A stretch of DNA of 50,862 nucleotides, counting the filler, from Catajapyx aquilonaris (taxonomy: Eukaryota), in assembly GCA_000934665.2 (NCBI GenBank). It is 2 parts of 2 records of this genome, joined end to end, with 100 filler letters (N's around TTAATTAATTAA, not from the genome) between each part and the next. Parts side by side here need not be neighbours in the genome. Positions count along the whole stretch, not along the records: positions 1 to 25,513 come from JYFJ02005405.1; 1 more part is not named here. The stretch is one strand, 5' to 3'. The notes beneath the pieces are model-generated. The model was given only the letters and a program-made list of their open reading frames with translations, did no database searches and was not told where the DNA came from. Both the position numbers and the translations under genes were made by a program. Of the stretch, positions 12,744 to 22,700 are shown one piece after another. Numbering within the stretch: the stretch's first letter is position 1; each line of letters opens with the position of its first letter.

Positions 12744-14734
12744 TTAATGCGGACAGCTGCGAGTTCTCAAGACTTCGGATGCAAAGACCACGCTGGAGAT
12801 CAAACTTCCTTCGACCAGAATGTAAAATGCTCCTTGCAGAATCTCTAGAGAGAACTTGATCTTTCCTTCCTTTTGTTCAGTGTGCGACGAGGGATCGTCG
12901 AAGGAGAATATTTGCATGGTTCTAGCGTGGTCCCAGGCCTTCAGGTGATGGGACAGCCTCTGTCCTTTCACGCTGATTCCTATGGAGTTGTACACACCAA
13001 CGTACCGGTCGAAGCTGTCCGAGTACACGCTGTCTCTTGGAAACACCATCGAGAATGAGAAGTGGAGGATGCTGTCAGAGGACAACATCACCTTCCAGCC
13101 GCCCTTGCCGTCCTGTAGATAAAAGTGCATATATTGTAATAGTGATGCCCATTTTACATTTTGGAAACCCATACCTGGAATGCCATGTCTGCTTCTTTCC
13201 TGAGCCGATACTCGGTTGACAGACAGATTTTGTTTCCTTCGAGTGTGGCTCTGATGCAATCCTGGACACTGTCCAGTCCTCTTCCGTGAACAAACATGTC
13301 GGACAGTATCTTGACCAACTCTTTTCCACCACCCAGCTTCCGGTACAGCTCGTACAACGACTGCTCATACATCACATCGTACCCAGACCCGGGTACGTCC
13401 CTGATCTTTGTCGGTACCGATTCCATCGGAAGCATCAGCAGCAGAGAGAACAGCTTGGTCTTATATCCGACTCCGATGATAAAGGCGAACAACACCCAGG
13501 ATATCAGGACCAGACGATATGACGAGTACTCGGGCGGTACCGGGTACTGTTCCACCAGGGCCATACTGGTGCGACCCAACTGCTTCAGAAGCGACCTCCG
13601 TTTAGACCTTCAACATAGTATGAACATATGTTTGTAACGAACAGTGCCGACTGTGCGTCTAACAATACCTGTTTGTTTCAGGATAGTGCTTCTCGATGAA
13701 TGCTGAGACTGCGCTGACCATCACCACGGAGAGGAAGATGAGGAGCCAGATGAGCGGAGTGAATGGTCGGACGAACACCAGAAGACTATGGTGTGTCCTG
13801 GGATTCCGGACAATGAACCTGAGGCGTCCGATGTCATGGAAGCCAATGAAGTCGACCGCTTGGTAGTACTCCCATGAGTGCATGAAGTACAATGCGAAGG
13901 ACATCTCGCCTGTTAGTAACTTTTCAAATGCGGTCACTCGCTCCTCCTGGTTGTTCAGGTCCACGGCCATCATCTTCCAGGTGAAGTTGAGGACCTGGTG
14001 CAGGAAGCAGATGTGGTACGCTATGAACACCCTCCAGTCGCTGCAGTTTGCTGGTGTGACTGCTATCTCGTTCAGACCCTCCAAAACCTTCCCTTGCAGG
14101 TCAAGGGTCATGTCTTGAAACGCGTTGGTATGGCTCTCAAGTTGCTGGAGAACTGGATTTCCAGAGTTGCAGTAGAAGCAAACTGTGTGACCCTCAAGTG
14201 ACCCACGTTGGTCGAATCGAACAGCCACTTTGTACTTCACCTTTAAGAGAAAGTACAGGGTGCTCATACAATTAGCAAAGTACAGTGTCACAGTAGTACC
14301 TTCGTGAAAAACTCGTCCAGCAAAAACCTGCTTTCGCTGAGGTCATCCCTGACCCAGAACACAAACAGGTCACGAGTCTTTCTTGTCCAGATGACCTGGC
14401 TGTAGTCCACTAGCTGGTCAAGCGAGGAGTTGAACTTTGCGATTGTGAAGGTCACCAAAAGCAAGGCGCACTTAGGTCTCTTCAGCTCTCTTCCGACTGG
14501 TGACACTGGTGGGTCGCCATTGTCCGCTAGCACTGGTCTTCCCAACTGTTGCTGTGCGGTCATCAGATTGGTCAGAGGTGACGGGAAGTGACCTGAGATG
14601 TCATGACCCACCACCAAAGGGCATTGGACTGGAATGTTTCTGAGACATTGCGACACATACTCGGCCACATGTTCGTACTGCACCTCCAATTGTGCTAATG
14701 ATGTCAGCATTAAAGGAAACCACCAGTTTGCCAT
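12744..14734 (-). CDS. Divergent ionotropic receptor with three short introns, ~602 aa
   Basis: Exons 14734-14300, 14240-13669, 13607-13175, 13112-12744. Introns 14299-14241 (59 nt), 13668-13608 (61 nt) and 13174-13113 (62 nt) are all GT-AG. Splicing gives one open 1809-nt frame colinear with the neighbouring intronless IRs (FFTK|VKYKVAV, PETNR|SKRR, MAFQ|DGKGGW). Confidence 0.88.
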
Positions 14735-15396
14735 TATTACAATCCTCTGTGCTCAATGTCGTGTAATTAATGGTTTGGATGAAAGAAGAAAAAAAAATTT
14801 AAAGCTACGAGTAAAATCTGATAGAAATGTTACTGTTAACTCTCGGAGAAGACAAAAAGCACATCCGATACTTTCGAAAACTAATTCACCAATTGTACTG
14901 TACTGTACATGACAGAATAAAAAATTAGCACAGTATTTTCAATATCATAAAGTCGAATCTCGAATGTGTATACGTTGGCAAAGGTCAAGTTCACCTATAA
15001 ATATTGACATTATGTTCGATCATACAATAGACAAAGTGCTTTTTGAAACAATTTACCCATTGGATTTTAAGTGGGGTAAACACTTTATCGATCCTTTATT
15101 TTTTAAATTAATTATTTACTACAGCCAGGAGAGCGACCTTTAACTTGTCACACAAACACATTTTCATTCTACAATAAATCTGTCAGATAAATCCAATAGT
15201 GCCTTTGTGACAGCATTTTAATCAGGAGATAAATGACTCATGGTACTACTTGTACTCTAACAAGCCGCATATGGTACAGCATGATATCTCTGAAAGTACA
15301 GCGGGGTATGGGAAGGTGCTTAGAAAACATTAAATTCAAACCTTGCAATACGTGAAAGATAATAATCATTCCATTCCAACAGCAACAAGAGGAAAC

Positions 15397-17235
15397 CTAT
15401 CGACCGACATTGGCCCGACGTCTGAAGAACACTTCGAGTCCAAGCACAACAATTGACATGAGATTTCCTTCAGCCAAAATGTAAAAAGCCCCTTGCAATA
15501 TCCCAAGAGAAAGTTTGACCCTTCCTTCTTCGTTCCCATGATGAGACACTGAGAATATCCCCATGATCCTGGCGTGATCCAAGGCCTTCAGATGGTGAGC
15601 CAGCCTCTGCTCCCTGATCTTAATCCCTATGGAATTGTAGATCCCGATGGCCTTGTCGAATCCAGCAGTGTACAAGCTGTCTCTCGGAAACACCATGGAC
15701 AAGGAGTAAAATGCGACGCTGTCTTCTGAGAGCATTGTCTCCCAGCCTCCGTCTCCGTCCTGGAAGTTCTTCTCAGCCTCTCGTCTAAGTCTGATCTGAG
15801 TCGAGACACACACGTTGTCACCTTCTAGTGTCTTCACAGTGCAATTGTGCAGACTCTGTACACCTTTTCCAACCCCAAATATTTCATGCAGCTCCTTAAT
15901 TCCGTGGTTTCCGCCTATCAAGTTCTTGTACAAATCGTAGATGGATTTCTCGTAGAACGTGCGAAACGGCGAACGTTTGAGATCTGCTGCGTTTCGGGGT
16001 ATGTCCTCCTCAGGAAAGAACATCAGCAGTGAGAACAGTTTCGTCTTGTATCCGACACCAAGGATCAATGCAAAAAATATCCAAAATATGAATAGTATGC
16101 GGTACGGCATGTGGTCATCAGACAACATCGGGTATTGCTCCAGAAGCACCATGCTTATTCGACCTAAATGACTTACATACGGCCGTTTATTGTTCTTATT
16201 GAGACCACCATGTATGAGAAGCGAAACGACACTCACCAAAATCAACGATAAAAATATCATGGACCAAAGAAGAGGCGTGAACGACTGTATGAACACGAAC
16301 AGGTTGACTGTCATCCTCTTCGGTTTTCTTGTCATAAACTTGAGCCGACCGACATCATGATACGTTATGAAGTCTACCTTATTGAAATACTTTTCAGAGT
16401 GCATAAAGTACATGATGAAATCTTGTTCACCGCTCATGAAGCTCAAGTAGGCATCTAGTATCTGACTCTTGTTGCGGAGGTCAATCGGGGTTATTCTGAA
16501 AGTGAAGTTGAGAGCTGTTGTCAAGAAGCAGATGTGATGTTCTGTAAGTGTTCTCCAATCGTTGCATCTAGAAGGATCAACTGGAGATTCGCTAAGACCA
16601 TCGAGGATCTTTCCATGAAAGTTGGCAGCCATGTCAGTAAACACTACTTTGCTGGTTACAGGCTGAAGTAATGGGTTGCCAGCATTGCAGTAGAAACAGA
16701 CTGTGTGCAACATCAATCTGGAGTATGGGTTGTTGAAACTGATGGCCACTTTGTGCTTTAACTTATCAGCATGTGCTTCAAACAGATATTGGCTGGTCAA
16801 ATCGTCTCTGATCCACAGAACAAACATGTCGCGTGTCGTTCTGGTGGAAATGACGTCGCTGTGGTCTACAAACTTGGCCATTGAATTGTTGAACGTACTG
16901 GAGCAGAATGTGATGAAATGTATCGCACATGATGGTCTGTCGCGATGATGCTCACTCATAGACACGTGCATGGTCGGATCCATGGTGCAGTTCCATAGGA
17001 CATTTGGCCATGTCTTCTCTACCAGAATTGGTCTTCCCAACAGCTGCTGGTCAGCCATCATCTTTTGCAAAGGGATTGGAAATGATTTGGCTGTGTTGTG
17101 ACCCACAACCAAAGGGCAATGGACAGGCACCTCCTCACGCAAAAGGTCAACCAGAAACTGGGTCACTTTATGCACTTCCATGTCTGATATGGCCAAATAA
17201 GGCAAAACCAAAAACAGAGTCAAACACACCAACAT
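15397..17235 (-). CDS. Divergent ionotropic receptor, intronless, ~612 aa
   Basis: Single ORF; first ATG gives signal peptide MLVCLTLFLVL. Motifs CPLVVGH, VCFYCNAGNP, SFTPLLW, GVGYKTKLFSLLM, CVST and C-terminal TM LQGAFYIL. Confidence 0.92.
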   Translation of the reverse strand: MLVCLTLFLVLPYLAISDMEVHKVTQFLVDLLREEVPVHCPLVVGHNTAKSFPIPLQKMMADQQLLGRPILVEKTWPNVLWNCTMDPTMHVSMSEHHRDRPSCAIHFITFCSSTFNNSMAKFVDHSDVISTRTTRDMFVLWIRDDLTSQYLFEAHADKLKHKVAISFNNPYSRLMLHTVCFYCNAGNPLLQPVTSKVVFTDMAANFHGKILDGLSESPVDPSRCNDWRTLTEHHICFLTTALNFTFRITPIDLRNKSQILDAYLSFMSGEQDFIMYFMHSEKYFNKVDFITYHDVGRLKFMTRKPKRMTVNLFVFIQSFTPLLWSMIFLSLILVSVVSLLIHGGLNKNNKRPYVSHLGRISMVLLEQYPMLSDDHMPYRILFIFWIFFALILGVGYKTKLFSLLMFFPEEDIPRNAADLKRSPFRTFYEKSIYDLYKNLIGGNHGIKELHEIFGVGKGVQSLHNCTVKTLEGDNVCVSTQIRLRREAEKNFQDGDGGWETMLSEDSVAFYSLSMVFPRDSLYTAGFDKAIGIYNSIGIKIREQRLAHHLKALDHARIMGIFSVSHHGNEEGRVKLSLGILQGAFYILAEGNLMSIVVLGLEVFFRRRANVGR

Positions 17236-17619
17236 GACTGCACCATAAAGTAACACCGTATGTAACAACTGAGCTAATCCATGATATGTAATCTATCTCC
17301 GTTGTGTGTGTACGGACTGCAGATCAATTAATGGAAAAGTTAGGACTCGTAACGATTTTGCATTAATCACCACGGAACAAAACACCCATCGGATTAACAA
17401 TTTTTTGTTTTAAAGTGCTACAGCCTACGGTCACTGTGCACAAGAAAATGTCACTCAAACAGTACAAACGCATTTATTGAGCTAAATATCAATAATTCGA
17501 AAGGTTCCCTCAAAAGGGACTGTCCACATTATTTGCTGAAGAGTATGTGCCTTGTAGGGTGTTGTCCTTATTCCACTTATTGTACAACTGCAAATGACAT
17601 TAGGTGACAAGCTGTAGCA

Positions 17620-19518
17620 ATGATGGCAGCTTTGTTGAAATTCGCTATTCTCATGTCTTCCTTATTACGAGATAAGACGGACGTTGAATTACAGGAAGTG
17701 ACAAGTTTTTTGTCCGACTTGATGACCAGGCAATTGCCCATACATTGTCCTCTGGTGGTGGGACACGACGTGTCTGATGGCCATTTGCCGTCTGATTTGC
17801 ACAACTTGATGTCCGACCAGCAACACTCTGGTAGACCTGTATTGGTCACTCGGACATCAAGTGGGACATGGAATTGTAGTCAACATGTCCCTGCCCTTCT
17901 TGACACCTTCTCTGTTGACAAGTACAACAAAACACTCCAGTGTGCCTTGCACTTTCTGACATTCTGTACTGGAACCGCTAATTCTTCACTGCGGACATTT
18001 TTGCAAGAAAATAATGTTGTGGCAGCCAGGAAAACGACGGACTTGTTCGTGTTGTGGCTCAGAGATGACTTAATGGACAGTGGTCATCTCCTGTATGGAC
18101 TAGCCTCACTGATCAAGCACAAAGTGTCGGTTCGTTTCGATGACCAACGGAATATGTTGTTGGACACAGTCTGCTTGTATTGCGACCACGGAAACCCCAT
18201 ACTTCAACACTCCTCTGCCGGAAATAATCACACAATCGCAAAAGTGTTTCAACAAGAGAGTGCGAATAATAATTTGCACGGAAAGTTTCTGGAAGGGCTG
18301 GGTCCATATCCAGCCAACTCCTCCGATTGCAATTACTGGAAACGCAATCCGATTCATCACACTTGCTTCTTGAAAGATGCGCTTAACTTCACGTGGACAA
18401 CAGAACCTGTTGATCTGAGCAACGAGACTGTAATGGCCCATGTCTACTCGCGATTTAATCAGAAAAATATATCGTTTGTCTCAACCGCAATCTTGTCTGC
18501 CCATATTTATCCGTACATGGACAGTGTTCCATGCCATGATGTTGAAAGGCTCAAGTTCATTGTTAGAAAACCGAAGAAGCAGCCGAATCTACTCGTGCTC
18601 ATTCGTCCTTTCTCGTCTCTCATGTGGTGCTTGCTTCTGGTGTCTGTCGTGTCAGTGGGAGCCGCTTGTTTCCTTATTGAGAAGCTACGACGCCGATACA
18701 ACTTGCCTGATGATGGGACACACGTTGATGAGTTGCACCATTTGGCACGTGTGGGTATGGTGTTGCTAGAACAGTATCCCAACTTGCCAAGTTACTCATC
18801 ATCCCGTTTGCTGTTCATGTCCTGGATCATATTCTCATTCATAGCTGCTGGAGTTGGATACAAGACAAAGCTGTTTTCTCTGCTGATGAACTTTCCGGAG
18901 GAGTCTGTACCGAGTACTGTGGAGGAACTTGGTGCATCTGGATTTCACATCTTTCACGACAGGGACGTCTACAGTGTGTTCGGAAGAGTGTCCGGTGGTG
19001 ATGGGTTGGATGCGATGACCGAGGTGTCAGGTCGAGGCACGGTGGTTGACAGCGTCCGGAAGTGCGTGGGTGCGACGCTGGACGGAAACAACGCGTGCGT
19101 CTCCACTGAGTACAGACTGAGCCAGGCGTCGGAGGATATGTTCCAGCAGGGGATGACTCTTCTCTCGGAGGACAGCTTCCTCTTCTTCGCCTTGTCCATG
19201 ATCCTCCCAAGGGACACCCTCTGTTCCTCCAACTTCGGAAGGTCGATCGGAACCTACAACTCGATGGGGATCAGTGTCAAAGGAGCCAGGCTGTCCCATC
19301 ACCTCATGGCCTGGGAACACAGGAGCAAAGGGATGTACTACTCCGCTGATGAGAGCCATGCCAATGAAGGAAGAGTCCAGCTGTCACTAGGCATGTTGAA
19401 AACAGAATTTTTCTTGCTAATTGACTTTTGTGCTCTATCTGCTATTGTTTTTGTTGCTGAATTGTTGACTTCATTCAGACAAACACGCTCATCTCGGCCA
19501 ATTTGTAGCTATAGATGA
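17620..19518 (+). CDS. Divergent ionotropic receptor, intronless, 632 aa
   Basis: Single ORF paralogous to the two preceding IRs (CPLVVGHD, VCLYCDHGNP, RPFSSLMW, GVGYKTKLFSLLM, CVSTEYRL, RLSHHL). Head-to-head with the 15397-17235 gene; AATAAA repeats at about 19631. Confidence 0.92.
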   Translation: MMAALLKFAILMSSLLRDKTDVELQEVTSFLSDLMTRQLPIHCPLVVGHDVSDGHLPSDLHNLMSDQQHSGRPVLVTRTSSGTWNCSQHVPALLDTFSVDKYNKTLQCALHFLTFCTGTANSSLRTFLQENNVVAARKTTDLFVLWLRDDLMDSGHLLYGLASLIKHKVSVRFDDQRNMLLDTVCLYCDHGNPILQHSSAGNNHTIAKVFQQESANNNLHGKFLEGLGPYPANSSDCNYWKRNPIHHTCFLKDALNFTWTTEPVDLSNETVMAHVYSRFNQKNISFVSTAILSAHIYPYMDSVPCHDVERLKFIVRKPKKQPNLLVLIRPFSSLMWCLLLVSVVSVGAACFLIEKLRRRYNLPDDGTHVDELHHLARVGMVLLEQYPNLPSYSSSRLLFMSWIIFSFIAAGVGYKTKLFSLLMNFPEESVPSTVEELGASGFHIFHDRDVYSVFGRVSGGDGLDAMTEVSGRGTVVDSVRKCVGATLDGNNACVSTEYRLSQASEDMFQQGMTLLSEDSFLFFALSMILPRDTLCSSNFGRSIGTYNSMGISVKGARLSHHLMAWEHRSKGMYYSADESHANEGRVQLSLGMLKTEFFLLIDFCALSAIVFVAELLTSFRQTRSSRPICSYR

Positions 19519-19746
19519 ATTGCTTTCCTGAAAACGAGTTGTCCCAAGCATAACCTGCTGTTAGCAAAAAAAAAAAATCCATTTTATTATAAATGCATTC
19601 CTGTATATAAAATGCAAATGTCAACTAAAGAATAAATAAATAAATAATTGTCTGTCAGTGCTGGGCTGTTCATTTCTCGTCCGTTCAAGAGACACCCTGT
19701 TCCTCGTTGAAGTCTGTACAAAGAGTAATCCGCTTCATCCGTGGTG

Positions 19747-22700
19747 TCATTTCTTCTTCTTCCTCTTCTCCTTCTTCTTATTCGTCTTATCCGGCAGAAA
19801 ACTGACAGGCACCACACCAACCGGCGTCTTCTCGTCTTTCTGAAACGCGCGCACGTAATTATGTCTCACATGTGAAATGACATTATAATGATCTGCCCTC
19901 CAATGAGTCGTACCATGTAGGCTGGAGCCAGGTGGTGAATGGCGACCGCCGCACCGGCGTACTTCACCCTGAGGAAGGCCTCGTCCCTATGGGCCTGGTG
20001 GTTCTGTCGGAGGGTCCTGTAGCGCGACTGCCATGCCCTTGCAGCTTGGACCGAATGATCATTTACCCACATCTCCTGCAAGGATATGACACCAGTGGAA
20101 TCATCCGAGCAAAACAATTACAAGTACATCTGAAAGACAGTTCTGCCATCAGATGTAAGAAGACCGTAACTCAAAAACTAGTAAGGGTGAAAGTCGGATG
20201 CATGCCCTGCACTAATCCCCCCCGATTCAGAGGAGATTAGTGCAGGGCGTGCATGCGACTTTCACCCTTACTAGTTTTTGAGTTACGGTCTTCTTACATC
20301 TGACGGCAGCAGTTCTTTCTCTCTCGTGTCCCCCATTGTGATTGATGGTATCCTCCATTTTTACCATTTCTCGCGGCGACACTCCTGACAACTCGGCCAG
20401 CTTGACGTAATCGATGATTCGTTCAGTCTCGTCTGGCTCGGTGTACGGCTGGAAGACATCTTGGATGTCCGGGATGATATCTTCCCTAATGTCGTACCGC
20501 CCCTCCGATAAGGCAAATGAGTCGCCCTGGCACAGCTGCTTCTGCAGCTTCCTGCACAGCACGCAGACACAGAGAAAACAATGGTGACAAAAGTAGTGAT
20601 TATGATATGACCGCGTCAGGGAGCATATACTACATAAGAGGCGCAAACATTCGATTTCCGCGTCTCTCTGTTTGGGGCATTGCCAAGGTTGGCGGCCATT
20701 TTGAATTGGGGGCAACGCCAACGGGGTAGGGTACAGGCAAAAATAGGGTCCGCCATCTTTGATGGTTTTGGCGGACATGGCAACTGCACGGCAAGAAACA
20801 CGCGCGAATCAAAGATGGCGGACCATATTTTTGCCTGTACCCTATATTTACACCTCGTTGGCGTTGCCCCCACTTCAAAATGCCCGCCAGCCTTGGCAAC
20901 GCCCCCAAACAGAGAGACGCGGAAATCGGCGCCTCTTATGTAGTATATGCTCCTTGACCGCGTCTCGACCGCGTTTGCAACTCTATTAAGTGATGAGACA
21001 ATAAAGGTACTGACCAAACCTGAGGGTCCTCCAACCCGGTCGCCCGGTCCGCCAACCGGCCGGCAGAAGGCACCTTCTGGGCCATCCATGCCACCTTCTC
21101 CATATTCTCTCTAGCAGCTCGATCCCTTACCTCTTCTATGGCCAGCGGGAAAGTGGACCTTCTGGCCAGCAGGGCTGAATCGGCCTCGGGATCGGGGGAC
21201 CTGAGTTTGGCTATGAGCTCGGCTATGGAAATGGCCCCAGCGGAGCCAGAGAGATCGTCCACCGACCGTTGATCCCCGGTGATGTTGGTCTTGCGGGACC
21301 ATACACTTGTAACCTCTCCGGCGTCTGCCCCGGAGTCTGCCCCGGGGCGAGACCGGAGAGCGACTGCTGACCGTGCCCCGCCGGGGCCAATCGCGACCCG
21401 ATCGTCCTCGGCAACTTCTCCTGAGACTTCCCCAGTGACAGCGACCTTTGACCTGGCCCGGATCTTGCTGGGGTCCTTCTTCAGCGCCTTCGGGATCCCT
21501 TCGTGTCGCGACTTGGACAGGGTGTCCGTCCTTGGAAAAGACCATTCATCTGTGACGTCCTCATCATCCGCCTCCTCCGTATCCCACGAAACCATCGACG
21601 AAACCCGCCTTCCTTCTCTTCTTCCCCTCTTCTTCTTCTCATCCTCGACACTGTCCAAGTCGCTGCTGCGTCTTAACAGAGAACAAAGCTGCCGTCAGAT
21701 ATGAGAAGACCGTAACTCAATGTCCACTTCCCCTTGCGGCGAGAATAAAAGCAGTGGTACCAAAAGCACCCAACAGGTGGAGTTGGGATGCCGTTCCTTT
21801 TCCCCCCCCTTCCCCCAACGCCACCTCTTGGATGCTTTCGGTAACACTTGCTTTCTTTTCTCGCCGCAAGGGAAGTGGATATTGAGTTACGGTCCTCTCA
21901 CATCTGACGGCAGAAAGAGTGTATATACATTGCATGAGCGGTCCAGAGAGAAGGCCAACAACTTCTTACCTTCTGTACCCCTTCTTCTGCATCTGCTGGG
22001 ACTGCATTTCTAATTCTCTTTCCATTTCGATCTTCTGCATGCGCTTCATGTTTTCGTTGGCTATCCCCTATATAATATTATACAGGGTGTAACAAGACCC
22101 TATATGCTGAAATTTCGACAGATTTGATCTTACCAGGAGGCATCTGGCGTCCTCGGCATCCCGTCTGGCCTCGAACAATAGCTGCTGGTACCTGCTGGAC
22201 TCTTCCCTCATCTGCTGGAGCTCTGTCTTGCATCCCTCCCATTGCATCTGGAGGTAGTAGTTTTCTGTCCTGGAATCACACAGGGCCACCTCCGTCTCAT
22301 GGTCTACTATCGGCACCTCCTTCACCACCGGGTTCTCCAACAAGTCGTTCAATTGGTCCTTCAGATCCTGGATTTGGGTCAATTTCGTGTACTGGATATC
22401 CACCAGCTCCTTGTACAGTTTCTCCATCGCCTTCACACCCTCCGTAATCGCCCTCAGTGCCCTCATTTCAATCCTGAAGTGGTCTCCCTGAAATGATTCG
22501 GCATGTGGAGTTGATAGGAAAATAATTGATTAGAAGAAAAAAAAGAGTCGAATGAAATATACCTCAATCTGTCTTCGGCGCACTTTCATGATCTCTCTGA
22601 GTGTGATTTCAAACTTTTTGCTCTGCTCTGATCCCATCGCTCTCATGTGCATTGCCATTGCATCTTGGACGAGAATCGTCACACCTTCGATCAAGTCATT

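Noticed and set aside
12744..14734. Frameshifted IR pseudogene
   Set aside because: All three breaks are clean GT-AG introns that restore the frame and the alignment to paralogs.
20616..20989. Similar short ORFs here and at 22759-23200 suggesting a duplicated peptide gene
   Set aside because: They are translations of the two copies of the family C palindromic MITE.
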